From the NCBI RefSeq assembly GCF_006345805.1, contig NC_043020.1, forward strand, positions 20,956,001 through 21,020,000: a DNA stretch of 64,000 bases. Reading direction: 5' to 3'. The translations under genes were made by a program, and so were the position numbers. The DNA comes from Octopus sinensis. Taxonomy: Eukaryota. Positions 11,881-23,519 of the stretch are shown in pieces (the stretch's first letter is position 1; each line of letters opens with the position of its first letter). Under the pieces are notes generated by a model. It made no database searches, was not told the origin of the DNA, and saw only the letters and a program-made list of their open reading frames with translations.

Positions 11881-13790
11881 CTGATGTACTCCTTTTCAAT
11901 TTTCGTTTTCATTTCTGTAGTTAGTACTCTGTTAGATTCTAATACTCCTAGACACTTATAATTCTCCCCTCCTTTCAATGATTTTAATGTCTGGTCATCT
12001 GATAAATGGATAACTTCGCTGTTGACTACCTGTCCCCTTCTCATGACTAATATTGCACGCTTATCTATGCCAAATTCCATGTCTATATCTTTGCTGAAGA
12101 GTCTTACAGTCTGTATTGAGGAATCTATCTCTTTTTTATTCTCACTAAAAAGCTTCAGGTCATTCATATAGAACAAAGGGTTAATTTTTCCATTACCTGA
12201 ACTGATATCCTGCCTTTTCCTTCCTTAATACTAAACTGAGGGGGATCAAGCATAAAACAAATCTTAAAGGGGACAACAAGCCCCCCCTGGAAAATTCCTC
12301 TTTTGGTATTAACTTTCCCTAAGAGTATGTCGTCTGAGTAGAGATCTACTTTGCATTTCTTCATGCTAAAGCTAATTAATTCTCTTATGTTGTCTGCTAT
12401 ACTGAATATACTCAAACATTCAGTTATCCATGAGTGTGGCATCATGTCATAGGCTTTCTTATAATCTATCCATACTGTTGTTAAATTTTTCTTTTGTAGC
12501 GTTTACTTCATTTAGAACTGCTTTGTCTATATATAATAGATCATACATTCCTCTAGCCTTCCTGCAACCTTTCTGTTCTTTTGGTAGTCAATTCTGGTTT
12601 TCAAGATACTCGTAAATGCTTCCTGAAAGTATTCCTGTTAACAGCTTCCACACTAATGGTAAGCAAGTGATTGGTCTATAGTTGCTAGATATATTACTCT
12701 TCCTTTTATCCTTCATAATGAGTATTGTCCTCCCTCTTGTCATCCAGTCTGGCATTATTCCTCCATTAAGGCAATCTCGAAGTTGTTTCCTCAGTATCCC
12801 ATGTAAACTATTGAATTTCTTTAGCCAGTACCCTTGAACTAAATCTGGTCATGGGCCCTTGCAATTCAGCATTTTTCCTAACACTTTACTCATTAATTAG
12901 TTAATTTTAGATCTGGCTGCTTCTCACTCACTACTTATTCCCTCACTTTCTTTAACCATACTGCATCTCCATTATGTTTGAATGATTTATCCCAAATATT
13001 ACTCCAGAACTTTCTAGCTTCTTCTGCATTAAGTTTCTCACCTTCAGTACTTAATTCTCCACTATTTATTTGGTTATAAATCTCCTCTGGTCTATCTCAA
13101 ATAACTTATTCTGTTGATATTGATCAATTCTTTTCTGATATCTGGAGAGCTTGCCAGCTACTGCTATGATACACTGTTTCAACTCTTCTATTATTGTCCC
13201 AAATTCTTTCTCTTTGACTAAATATCTTTTCTCGAGGTAAGATTTGCATCTTGTGTTTCCTAACTTGTTCAGTTTCCAGGTTTCTATTCTATTCAGATCT
13301 TGTCTTAAGGTCTTCACTTTATTTTGTAGTCTCCTTTTCCCTATGAGATATCTAATCTTCTGGTGACTCCTCCTGCATAGATCAATAAGTTAATGTCTTC
13401 TATATTTTTAGTATCTATCCACCTTATAACAGAATCTATTTTCCTAATCATTTCTTGTAGCTTCCTTATGTTGATGTCTTTTAATGCTGGCAGTCTTTTT
13501 TTTACTCCTTTATGCATTACTCCTTGCAACTCATCTAAAATCTTCTGATCTTCCTCACTTAAATCACTTAAGTCGTTGGTGCCAGTTGTCCCTTCCTTAT
13601 TGGTAGCATTATTATTTTTTTCCTTCAGGTTTTTCTTTGGTTTGAGCTGTATCTCTTATAGTGTTGTTTGTCTTTCCCACTGCCTGGTCTTTCTATTCCA
13701 GTTCTCTTGTGATTTCTTCTACCCCCAATTTTGCCATCCACTTTCTTCTCTTAATAACATTAGCCTGATCAACTAAACAAAATAGAAAAA
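11880..13790 (-). mobile_element. R4/Dong copy 2: inverted N-terminal and RT portion
   Basis: EELKQCIIAVAGKLSRYQKRIDQYQQNKLF, PHSWITECL, KRGIFQG, FYMNDLKLF, YKCLGV; ends at KEYIRR. Confidence 0.88.
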
Positions 13791-13799
13791 ACCAAGTAG

Positions 13800-14392
13800 A
13801 TTCCCAATGTAGATTATGCAAATCAAAAGAGGAAAGCGTTACTCATATAGTAAGTGAATGTAGCAGGCAGGTACAGAAAGAATACAAGAAAAGACATGAC
13901 AATCTAGGGAGATCCACTGGGATCTTTGCAGAAAGCTAGGATTTGAAAATATTAATAAATGGTATGAATATGAACCTAGTAAAGTAGGAGAAAGTAAGAA
14001 ATACATGATATGGGGCTTTAACATTCAGCCTGACAGAGTAATAGAAGGTAGAAGGCCTGATTTAGTAGTAGTAGATAAAGAGAATAGAAGATGCCAGATA
14101 ATTGACTTTGCAGTCCCAAATGATGAAAAACTTGGCACAAGAAGTATAGAAAAAATAGCAAAGTACCAGGACCTAGCTATTGAATTACAGAGACTATGGA
14201 AAGTTCGGGTAAAATGTATCCTAGCAGTTATGGGTGCATTAGGAACTATCCCTAAAAATCTGAACAGATGGATAGAGGAAATACAGCTGTAGAAAACAAT
14301 GTTATTGGTGACAGCTAGGATACTTAGGAGTGTTCTTGGCATTTAAGGAAACTTGTAGCCCGATGTTAGGATTCTTTTATTTTCCAACAGTC
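13800..14392 (+). mobile_element. R4/Dong copy 3: C-terminal CCHC + REL portion
   Basis: CRLCKSKEESVTHIVSEC, GRRPDLVVVDK, IDFAVP, KYQDLAIELQRLW, MGALGTIP. Confidence 0.88.
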
Positions 14393-14505
14393 TAATTATT
14401 ATTATTATTATTATTATTATTATGTTTTTTTCCTTCTTTTTTCAAATTTTCCTTCATTTCTCACCGAGTGTTTTCCATACACCTAGGGCAGAGAAGCTCA
14501 TTGTC
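14393..14505 (-). mobile_element. Very short Dong 3' UTR copy with (TAA)n tail
   Basis: 14420-14503 is the reverse complement of the 3' end of the copy ending at 17368 (TGAGCTTCTCTGCCCTAGGTGTATGGAAAACACTCGG..). Confidence 0.85.
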
Positions 14506-14526
14506 TAATTTGTTGAGTGTATATGA

Positions 14527-14538
14527 ATAATAATAATG

Positions 14539-14578
<40 letters not shown>

Positions 14579-15480
14579 CCATGATAAAACGATGGCAAGA
14601 AAAGCCCCTTCATGGTAAATACTGGACTAAACTAAACGCAAAAGAAATAGACAAAGAAAAATCCCAGCAATGGTTGAGAAGCTCAGGACACAAAGCAGAA
14701 ACAGAGGGATTTTTAATTGCAGCACAAGACCAAAGCCTCCCCACCAGAAATTACCAAAAACATGTAATGAAAAGAAATATTACAAGTAACTGCAGAATAT
14801 GTGGAGATGGACAAGAAACAATAAATCATATTATCTCTAGCTGCCCAGTTCTGGCTAAGAAGGAATATATTCACAGACATGACAGAGTTGGAACCTACAT
14901 ACATTGGAAGCTATGCCAACATTATGGAATAACAACAGAAAAAAGATGGTATAGGCACACACCAGAAAAGGTCACAGAAAACGAGAAAGCAACCATACTC
15001 TGGGATATGCCGATACACACAGATAGAGAAATTAAGGCCAACAGACCAGATATAGCTGTCAGAGATCATGAAGAAAAAAAATGCTTTCTAATTGATGTAT
15101 CAATACCGGCAGATGACAACGTGTCTCTAAAAGAAATGGAGAAGCTCTCAAAATACAAAGACCTGGAAATAGAGGTAACTAGAATGTGGAATCTGAAAAC
15201 AGAAACAATTTCTATCATAGTAGGTGCATTAGGCATGATAAAAAAATATTCAGACAAATACATAACAAAAACACCAGGACTTACAAACACATATAACATA
15301 CAGAAAATTGCACTATTAGGCACTGCACACATCCTACGCAGAACACTTTCCATACAATAACCATCAGAGCATCACAACAAATCACAGCACATACCCAAGG
15401 CACACAGAGCTGCGCTCGGTAGTGAAGTGAAAGCACGCTATAAAAATAAAACTACTGAATAATAATAATAATAATCATCA
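14527..15480 (+). mobile_element. R4/Dong copy 5, 5'-truncated, flanked by (TAA)n on both sides
   Basis: Uninterrupted 14536-15360 frame (WQEKPLHG, CRICGDGQETINHIISSC, NRPDIAV, KYKDLEIE); the poly-Ile N-terminus is only the upstream microsatellite. Confidence 0.92.
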
Positions 15481-15960
15481 TCATCATCATCATCATCATT
15501 TAGCGTCCGCTTTCCATGCTAGCATGGGTTGGACGGTTCAACTGAGGTCTGGGAAGCCAGAAGGCTGAACCAGGCCCAGTCTGATCTGGCAATGTTTCTA
15601 TGGCTGGATGCCCTTCCTAACGCCAACCACTCTGTGAGTGTAGTGGGTGCTTTTTACGTGCCACAGGGACAGGTGCCAGACGGGGCTGGCAAACGGCCAC
15701 GGATGGATGGTGCTTTTTACGTGCCACCAGCACGGAGGCCAGTCAGGGCGGCGCTGGCAACGGCCACAGTTGGGTGGTGCGAGGGCCAGGTGAGGCTGGC
15801 AATGGCCACGATCAGATGGTGCTTTTTACGTGCCACCAGCACGGAGGCCAGTCGGGGCAGCATTGGCAACGGCCACGATTGGATGGTTCGCTTACGTGCC
15901 ACCGGCACTGGTATCACAGCTGCAATTTCCATTGATGTTGATCGACTTCGATTTTGGTTC
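15476..15960 (-). mobile_element. LINE/SINE 3'-end repeat (RTE-like tail) with (ATG)n tail and internal tandem duplications
   Basis: GCTGGATGCCCTTCCTAACGCCAACC motif, (CAT)n at the left end, three copies of GGTGCTTTTTACGTGCCAC plus a partial fourth; decayed similar end at ~22330-22420. Confidence 0.6.
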
Positions 15961-15962
15961 TG

Positions 15963-15965
15963 ATT

Positions 15966-15996
<31 letters not shown>

Positions 15997-17368
15997 CATA
16001 TAATAAGGTGTTAGCCATAAATTCCTTTGCAGTACCAGTTGTTCTTTATAGCTTCAATGTGCTTAACTGGAATACCAGTGAAATAATGAAAATAGACAGA
16101 AAAATCCACAAGCTACTGACTTGTAATAAGATGCACCACCCAAAGGCAGACGTGGATCGCCTTTACCTTCCCAGAGCTCAGGGAGGTCGAGGTTTGATCC
16201 AGCTTGAACTTACATACAAAACCACCACAATCGGACTGGCCAAATACCTTGAAGCAACCAACGATTGGATGCTAAAACTTGTTGAAAAACATGAAAGACT
16301 TCACTCTATTCTCAAAGAGAGCAAAAAATTCGCTGCTGATCTCTTAGTTACCCACCAGATTGATCAGGCTGAAGGAAATGCGCCAACTGCAGCTGCAAAG
16401 AAAATAAAATTAATTGCAAAGACAAAAGCACATAAAATTTTAGCTAGCAGATAGGAACAGAAACCTCTCCATGGCAATTATGTGGCCCGTAGCAAACAAG
16501 CTGATGTCGACCAGAAACACACACACCAATGGTTACGAACCTCAGGGCTAAAAGCAGAGAGTGAAAGTTTCATATTAGCTGCTCAAGACCAAAGCTTATT
16601 AACCTGGAACTACCAAGCCAATGTGATAAAAAATGGAACTGACCCAAAATGCCGATTCTGTAACAATGAGATTGAAACAATAGACCACCTAATCTCAGGG
16701 TGTAGAGTCTTAGCACCTGCAGAATATAAAGCAAGACATGACAGAGTCGGCCAGTCTTTACATTGGACAATATGTCAGTATTATAAAATCAAAAGCGCTG
16801 ACAAATGGTATAAACACCATCCTGAAGCTGTGACTGAGGGAGAAAATGTGTCGATTCTATGGGACTTCCCCGTACAGACCAGCAAGACTATAAAAGCTAA
16901 TAAACCTGATATTATTATAAAAGATCAGACAAAAAAGACGTGTTTATTAATTGACATGAGTATCCCTTGCGATCACAATATAGTGGTGAAAGAATTTGAC
17001 AAGATTAGTAAATATAAAGACCCTGCTAATAGAAATTGAAAAAATGTGGCATCTCAAGGCGACTACGGTACCAGTGATTGTAGGATCTCTAGGAATGATA
17101 AAAAAGGTACTGAAACCTATTTGAAAATGATTCCAGGCTTACTATCCTTACAGGAAGTGCAAAAAATCGTATTAACAGGAAGAACATTATCGCTGTGAAA
17201 ACAACATCCATCCATGAATTTATTTATTTATTAATTTTTAAATACATATTTTATCTGTGAATTTGTGTGTGTAATCTGGGAATGCATACAATGAGCTTCT
17301 CTGCCCTAGGTGTATGGAAAACACTCGGCGAGAAATGAAGGAAAATTTGAAGAAAGAAGGAAAAAAAC

Positions 17369-17410
<42 letters not shown>
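15963..17410 (+). mobile_element. R4/Dong copy 6, 5'-truncated, flanked by (TAA)n on both sides
   Basis: HHPKADVDRLYLPRAQGGRGL, CRFCNNEIETIDHLISGC, NKPDIII, KYKD; 3' UTR followed by (TAA)n at 17369-17410. Confidence 0.9.
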
Positions 17411-17411
<1 letters not shown>

Positions 17412-17413
<2 letters not shown>

Positions 17414-17968
17414 GCCCTGATGCAGTACCAGGCAGTGGCTCTCATGACTGCTGATCTTAACTGATTGGAAGTGTTATCATGTACATTGTTTTGCCTTGGT
17501 GTAAAAGATAGGCTACAGCAAATATTCTGCTCAATACCACAGATTTGCTTGTCAGTTGTTTGACCTTAACCAGTTGAGCATGTCCCTTAGTGGCTGACAA
17601 TATGTGCATCTCTGATCACGAGCAGAAATAGTTGGGGAGCATCATAGCCATGTGTTGAGAGGGATTCTTTGGGGTTTGAATATTTCACCTCTGGAAACAT
17701 GGGTGTTTCGTTCAATATCCTTAAACAACCCTTATTCAGGGACCTTTTGAGTAGGATGGGTTACTCGACCAGAAGAACATTCTAACTGGGTCCCACCTGC
17801 AAGGTCATGTGCACTTTATCTTGATATGAGATCACCATGTCGCGCACATATGGTTGTGATGCATGTGCCTAGTGTACCCTTATCAGACGGGTAGTGATGA
17901 TGGGTATGCTGGGCTTTGTATATTTTACCCCAGTGTCACTTTGATAGCATGCACTGCTCTCTCACTCA
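17412..17968. repeat. ~560 bp non-coding element bounded by (TAA)n on both sides
   Basis: No ORF with recognisable similarity; higher complexity than its flanks; sits between two (AAT)n tracts. Confidence 0.5.
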
Positions 17969-17984
17969 ATAATAATAATAATAA

Positions 17985-18715
17985 TATATGGATGATCTAT
18001 AACTGTATGCTACAAATGATAAACAGCTGGAAACATTACTACAGATAGTACATGGATTTACCAAAGAAGGAAATTTGGCTTAAAATATGTGCCAAAGCAA
18101 CCTTGAAAAGAGGAAAACTAGTTAGGAGTAGCAACATCTCCCTAGATAAAGCAAATGAAATAAGTGAACAAGACCAAAACCAGACATACAAACACTTTGG
18201 AATCAATGAACTAGATACAACACGCACAAATGAAAGAGATTATAAAAAGGAATACTATAGATGAGTTAGATTAATACTGAAAACAGAGCTCAACATGAAA
18301 AACAAGATAATAGGTATCACCACTCTAGCTGTCCCAGTTATAAGTTGCAACTACAATATTTTTAACTGGATTCTAAATGAACAAATCAAAATAGACAGGA
18401 AAACAAGAAAAATAATGACAAAATTTAGGATGCACAACCCAAAATCTGACATAGAAAGGTTATATACACAATGTATAGAAGGTGGTAGAGGCCTTATACA
18501 GCTAGAAAACTATTACAAAATAACCACCATAGAACTACAGAACTACCTACTTCAGAAGCAAGGAAAACTTAATAGAAATAGCCACAAAACTCAAACAAAA
18601 CAAAAAACTGTTTTCAGTCTTTAAGGAAGCTGACAAATACAAAAAAAAACAAACAAGTCACAGTACCTAACAACTATGAAGAAAAAGAAGAAACAGCAAA
18701 AGCTGTAAAACAACT
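17985..18715 (+). pseudogene. R4/Dong copy 7, RT C-terminal half
   Basis: YMDDL.LY, MHNPKSDIERLY..EGGRGLIQLE; starts directly after (AAT)n. Confidence 0.8.
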
Positions 18716-19299
18716 GCATGTGTGGAACAAAAATTCATGTGCTTATGTGTGTGTGTACCTCAAGATTGAGATCAATCACAAGTTCCAAGTCAACTTCTAA
18801 GTTAATGTTCAACAAACACTTGCTATAATTAAACATCTCACTTACACTATGACCTAATTTATAGTAAATTCATATATCTGTACACTTAACATTGACTGGC
18901 AAAGAACATACATCTTCTTACTGTCAATTATTGCATTCAAATAAATATTGTCAATAGATTTACTAAAGGAAAGCATTACCATAAATTTCACCTCGACTCT
19001 ACTTGTCTTTTTCCTGACCACTTTAAATAATTGATTGCAAAAACTATCAATGAAAAAACCTAATGTTTGTTAAATCCCTCTTGCATCTATCCAACATTTT
19101 TTATAGTATGAAACAGAAAACAAGATCTTAATAAAATAGGTCGTGTATGTTTTTTCTCTTCGTACAGTTTCTTATGCTTGACTCAAGTTTCAGATATATC
19201 TATATCAAACACGGTACTCTTATTTAATCTTTGGCGTGGCTATGGTGTGTATATATGTATAAGTGTAGGAGTAACTATAGTGATTGGAATGGCTATAAG

Positions 19300-19452
19300 C
19301 ACAAGAGTGGCTGTGTGAGTAAGGGACTTGCTTTCCAACCATATGGTACTGGGTTCAGTCCCACTGTGTGGCACCTTGGATAAATGTCTTCTACTATAGT
19401 TCTGGACCAACCAAAGCCTTTGGAGTGGATTTGGTAAACTGAAAGAAGCCTG

Positions 19453-19455
<3 letters not shown>
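19300..19455 (+). mobile_element. tRNA-derived SINE, family A
   Basis: GTGGCTGTGTG..GGGTTCAGTCCCACTGTGTGGCACCTTGG. Confidence 0.85.
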
Positions 19456-19488
<33 letters not shown>

Positions 19489-20051
19489 ATATATATATGT
19501 ATGTATATATTGCTCTTCATGTTTGAAGCTACATCGATGATTTTAACTTGCGTGCGAGATAGATTGCGTGCATATATGTACGCATGCATTTATGTGTATA
19601 TTTTATATTTATATTTATACGTCTGTATATGTATGGCGTTTGCACGCATCTTTCTGTGTATGTTGATATATATATGTACACTTTAATATAAATATGTATT
19701 GCAGTGTAATGTTTATAATAAGTTTTAATTTCTATGCATTAATTATACTTTCTTCATTAACGTCAATATGTATTTTATTCAATGTAAGGTTTTTTCCTCG
19801 AATTTTATAATTTTTATAATTTTTATATATATATACATATATTTTTGAGCTTTTTTTGTTTATCGCTCGAAGATTGACTGTTATTTCTAAAGGGCCAATC
19901 AAACAAGTCCATTTTTTTAAAGGTGTAGCGTTTGTAAGAGTCTAGATTGAATTGATATATCGGTTCCATTCTGGCAAAAACTGTCTGATGAACGGCAACG
20001 AGAAACTCAGAGTAACAGATTTTGTTGAATTTCCTGCTGCTTTAAATAAAG

Positions 20052-20084
<33 letters not shown>

Positions 20085-20085
<1 letters not shown>

Positions 20086-20767
20086 AAAGGATAAGATCGT
20101 TAATTTAAAATAAAACAACGAACTTATCAAGTGGTCAGCATGGAAAAAATAACCTTCAAAGGTAATAATTATTAAAATTATAAATTAGGGAATCTACGAG
20201 ATACTACCATGCTGAAAATAGCAGCCATGAACCGACTCTAAAACCACCTTAAGTTTTCATATAGCAACATGGAGAAAAGACAAAGAGACAAGATGAAACT
20301 AGTAAAAGTTTACTGGATAATTCTAGATCCCGGATTTCTGACTTTGCATTTAGAAATGCTTTTCCTTGTCACTCAGAAAGAAACATAAATACATATATAT
20401 ATAAATACAACATACGAATACTTACATATACGAACGTATACATACATATATATGCACGTATGCATCAAGGCTAGTTCAAAATGCCCGCTAATTCCATGTG
20501 CTATTTGGTAAAATAGAGTCGGTTCATGGCTGCTATTTTCAACATGGTGGTATCTCGGGGATAGCCTAATATATAATTTTAATAATTATTACCTTTGAAG
20601 ATTATTTTTTCCATGCTGACCACTTGATAAGTTCGTTGTTTTATTTTAAATTAACGATCTTATCCTTATTTATATAAATTTAAATTTATTTCGTCATTGT
20701 ATTTACTGCGGTGATATTTTACCATATAGCACATGGAATTAGCGGGTATTTTGAACTAGCCTTGATT
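20085..20767. repeat. Nested inverted repeats
   Basis: ~20085-20243 is inverted at ~20514-20670; ~20463-20514 is inverted at ~20716-20767. Confidence 0.85.
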
Positions 20768-20779
20768 CATACGTGCATA

Positions 20780-21060
<281 letters not shown>

Positions 21061-21067
<7 letters not shown>

Positions 21068-21176
21068 GAGAAAAGAAGCAACAAAAATGGATTAGTTTTT
21101 AGTACAATTGTTTCATACAGATGAAACAATTGTACTAAAAACTAATCCATTCTTGTTGCTTCTTTTCTCGTTTATA
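21061..21176. repeat. Palindrome, 56 bp arms (1 mismatch), 4 nt spacer ACAG
   Basis: Arms 21061-21116 and 21121-21176; each begins internally with ATGAAACAATTGTA (HHR 3' half). Confidence 0.95.
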
Positions 21177-21273
21177 ATCACCCCACACTACTGTATTGGT
21201 TAACACCATATAGTTTCCTGGTGCATCTAAATTAAATGAATTCATTAGAATTGACTTGAATCTTAATTGTTTA

Positions 21274-21330
<57 letters not shown>

Positions 21331-21561
21331 AATATATATATATCAAGGAGAAACAAGCAGTATTAAATCTCTGAGTGAGATGTAAACAGTAGCAATATGG
21401 AATTGTAACATATAATTGCCAACATATAAGTGTAACATATAAGTGTGGCGTCCTATACGGGACAGTGCTACTGGCGTTTATAACCCCAGGAAGACATCTC
21501 TCTCCTCCAGCTGGCTAACGACACACATTCTGCGTCCGATTAGTATTAGTCTTATGTGATA

Positions 21562-21606
21562 CACATGAACTCAAGTTTCTGGGTGGTTACCCATCCTCAG
21601 TGTGTG
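21562..21606 (-). ncRNA. Minimal type I hammerhead ribozyme
   Basis: CACACA-CTGAGGA-TGGGT(AACC)ACCCA-GAAAC-TTGA-GTT-CATGTG: core intact, 5 bp stem II; the first two stem I pairs are broken in a CpG-decay pattern. Confidence 0.7.
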
Positions 21607-21981
21607 CTAATCACCAGGCAGTGATGAAAACTCACCCCATTCGCAAAATACTATATGCTTTTTCCAGCGAGGAACCATCGCTGATCTTGGAAAAGGAGAA
21701 ATAAGCTATATTAAATCTTTGGGCGAGATGTAAACAGTAGCAATATAGAATCGTTATATATATATATATATGATAAATCTCTGAACGAGGTATAAACAGT
21801 AGCTGCACGACAATGTGAAGTATATTTGCCACTTAAATGTGGCTAACCACTAAGGGTGGATGCTACTGTAGCTTGTAGCTCCAGGAGAACATCTTCTCCA
21901 GCTGGCTATTGACACACTTTCTGTGCCCTATCAGTATTTGCAAAGGGAAGCCATCCTGCCCATCGTCGACCTGACGTGATA

Positions 21982-22026
21982 CACACGGACTCGGGTTTCT
22001 GGGTATTTACCCGTCGTCAGCGCACG
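21982..22026 (-). ncRNA. Minimal type I hammerhead ribozyme
   Basis: CGTGCG-CTGACGA-CGGGT(AAAT)ACCCA-GAAAC-CCGA-GTC-CGTGTG: core intact, GUC site; C.A mismatch at the base of stem II. Confidence 0.7.
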
Positions 22027-22328
22027 ACAATCACCGGTCTTCGATTCGAAGGGGTCCCAATGCAAATACATATATCCTTTTTCGAGTGACGAAAACCCAC
22101 TGATCTCGAAAAAGTGTAAACGAGCAATAATAAATCTCTGAACGAGGTATAAACAGTAGCTGCACGACAATGTGTAGGTATATTTGCCACTAAGGGTGGA
22201 TGCTGCTGTAGCTTGTAGCCCCAGGAGAACATCTTCCCCAGCTGGCTATTGACACACTTTCTGTGCCCACCTCTTCTTTATCTAAGAGAGGAACTTGCTT
22301 GGTTCAAGTCTACACACATTTACACATT

Positions 22329-22366
<38 letters not shown>

Positions 22367-22564
22367 TTAACATCCTTCTTCTATGCTGGCATGGATTAAA
22401 TGGTTTGACAGGATCTTATGAGCCCAATCTTAGATCCAGCAACTTAATTGATAACTTACAACGGGCTTGTCCCACAGAGAACGTTTCCGGTTACTTTTGG
22501 GTACGTTCTCGTACACACACACATCGGTCTGATTGTGCAAGTTCTACCTATAATCTCACTGATA

Positions 22565-22685
22565 GGATGCTGGTTAATCCGGGGTTATAGAAGAAAATAC
22601 TTGGCCAAGATGTCACACAATGTGATTGAACCCAGAATCACGTGGTTTCCAAGCGAACTTCTTAGTTATATATCTATTCCTGTAT
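22565..22685 (-). mobile_element. Degenerate SINE family A
   Basis: Reverse complement CTGGGTTCAATCACATTGTGTGACATCTTGGCCAAGT. Confidence 0.6.
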
Positions 22686-22880
22686 CCAGAGCTTATGACA
22701 AATGTTTCTGTCGGTACACCCATCCAGGGCCAGGAGAGTCAAGAAAGAACACACAGTACAAATTGAACCAAAAATTAAACTAAATCAATCATCTGTTAAG
22801 CAACCCAAATGGAAAACAACGAAAATGAGCAAATGCATGAATACATACTAACAAACCTTTATGTTCAATATTACTCTATT

Positions 22881-23504
22881 GTGAAAGCGGTGAGCTGGCA
22901 GAAACGTTAGCACGCCGGGCGAAATGCTTAGCGGTATTTCGCCTGCCGTTACGTTCTGAGTTCAAATTCTGCCGAGGTCGACTTTGCCTTTCATCCTTCC
23001 GGGGTCGATAAATTAAGTACCATTCACGCACTGGGGTCGATGTAATCGATTTAATCCGTTTGTCTGTCCTTATTTGTCCTCTCTGTGTTTAGCCCCTTGT
23101 GGGTAGCAAAGAAATAGAAATAGGTATTTCGTCTGCCGCTACGTTCTGAGTTCAAATTCCGCCGAGGTCGACTTAGCCTTTCATCCATTCGAGGTCGATT
23201 AAATCAGTACCAGTTACGCACTGGGGTTGATGTAATCGCCTTAATCCCTTTGTCTGTCTCCTCTATGTTTAGCCCCTAGTGGGCAATAAAGAAATAAGAA
23301 ACGTTAGCATACCGAGTAAAATGTTTAGCGGCATTTCGTTCGTCTTTACGTTCTGAGTTTAAATTCTACCGAGGTTGACTTTGCCTTTCATCCTTTCGGG
23401 GTCGATAAAATAAATACCAGTTGAATACTGGGGTCGATATAATCAACTTACTCCCTAACCCAAACTTGCTGGCCTTGTGCTAAAATTTGAAACCAGTATT
23501 ATTC
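22881..23504 (+). mobile_element. Trimeric tRNA-derived SINE family B with 12 bp TSD
   Basis: Three units of GTTCAAATT..GAGGTCGAC..GGGGTCGATAAATTAAGTACC; TATTACTCTATT at 22869-22880 and 23505-23516. Confidence 0.85.
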
Positions 23505-23519
23505 TATTACTCTATTCTG

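Larger units (their letters stand above)
21345..22270 (-). mobile_element. Tandem ~350-420 bp hammerhead-bearing repeat (retrozyme/PLE pLTR-like)
   Basis: Unit boundary motif TAAATCT..AACAGTAGC recurs at ~21362, 21711, 21774 and 22132; two HHRs lie 420 nt apart; same family as 33525-33735 and 61419-61910. Confidence 0.75.

Noticed and set aside
15640-15910. Spaced repeats of GGTGCTTTTTACGTGCCAC as a CRISPR-like array
   Set aside because: The spacers are themselves homologous and variable in length, and the context is eukaryotic; these are tandem duplications within a retro-repeat.
22885-22975. tRNA-like A/B boxes in SINE heads (also 2956, 55054) and the tRNA-Trp match at 48997
   Set aside because: No cloverleaf or full tRNA; these are SINE heads and a primer-binding site.
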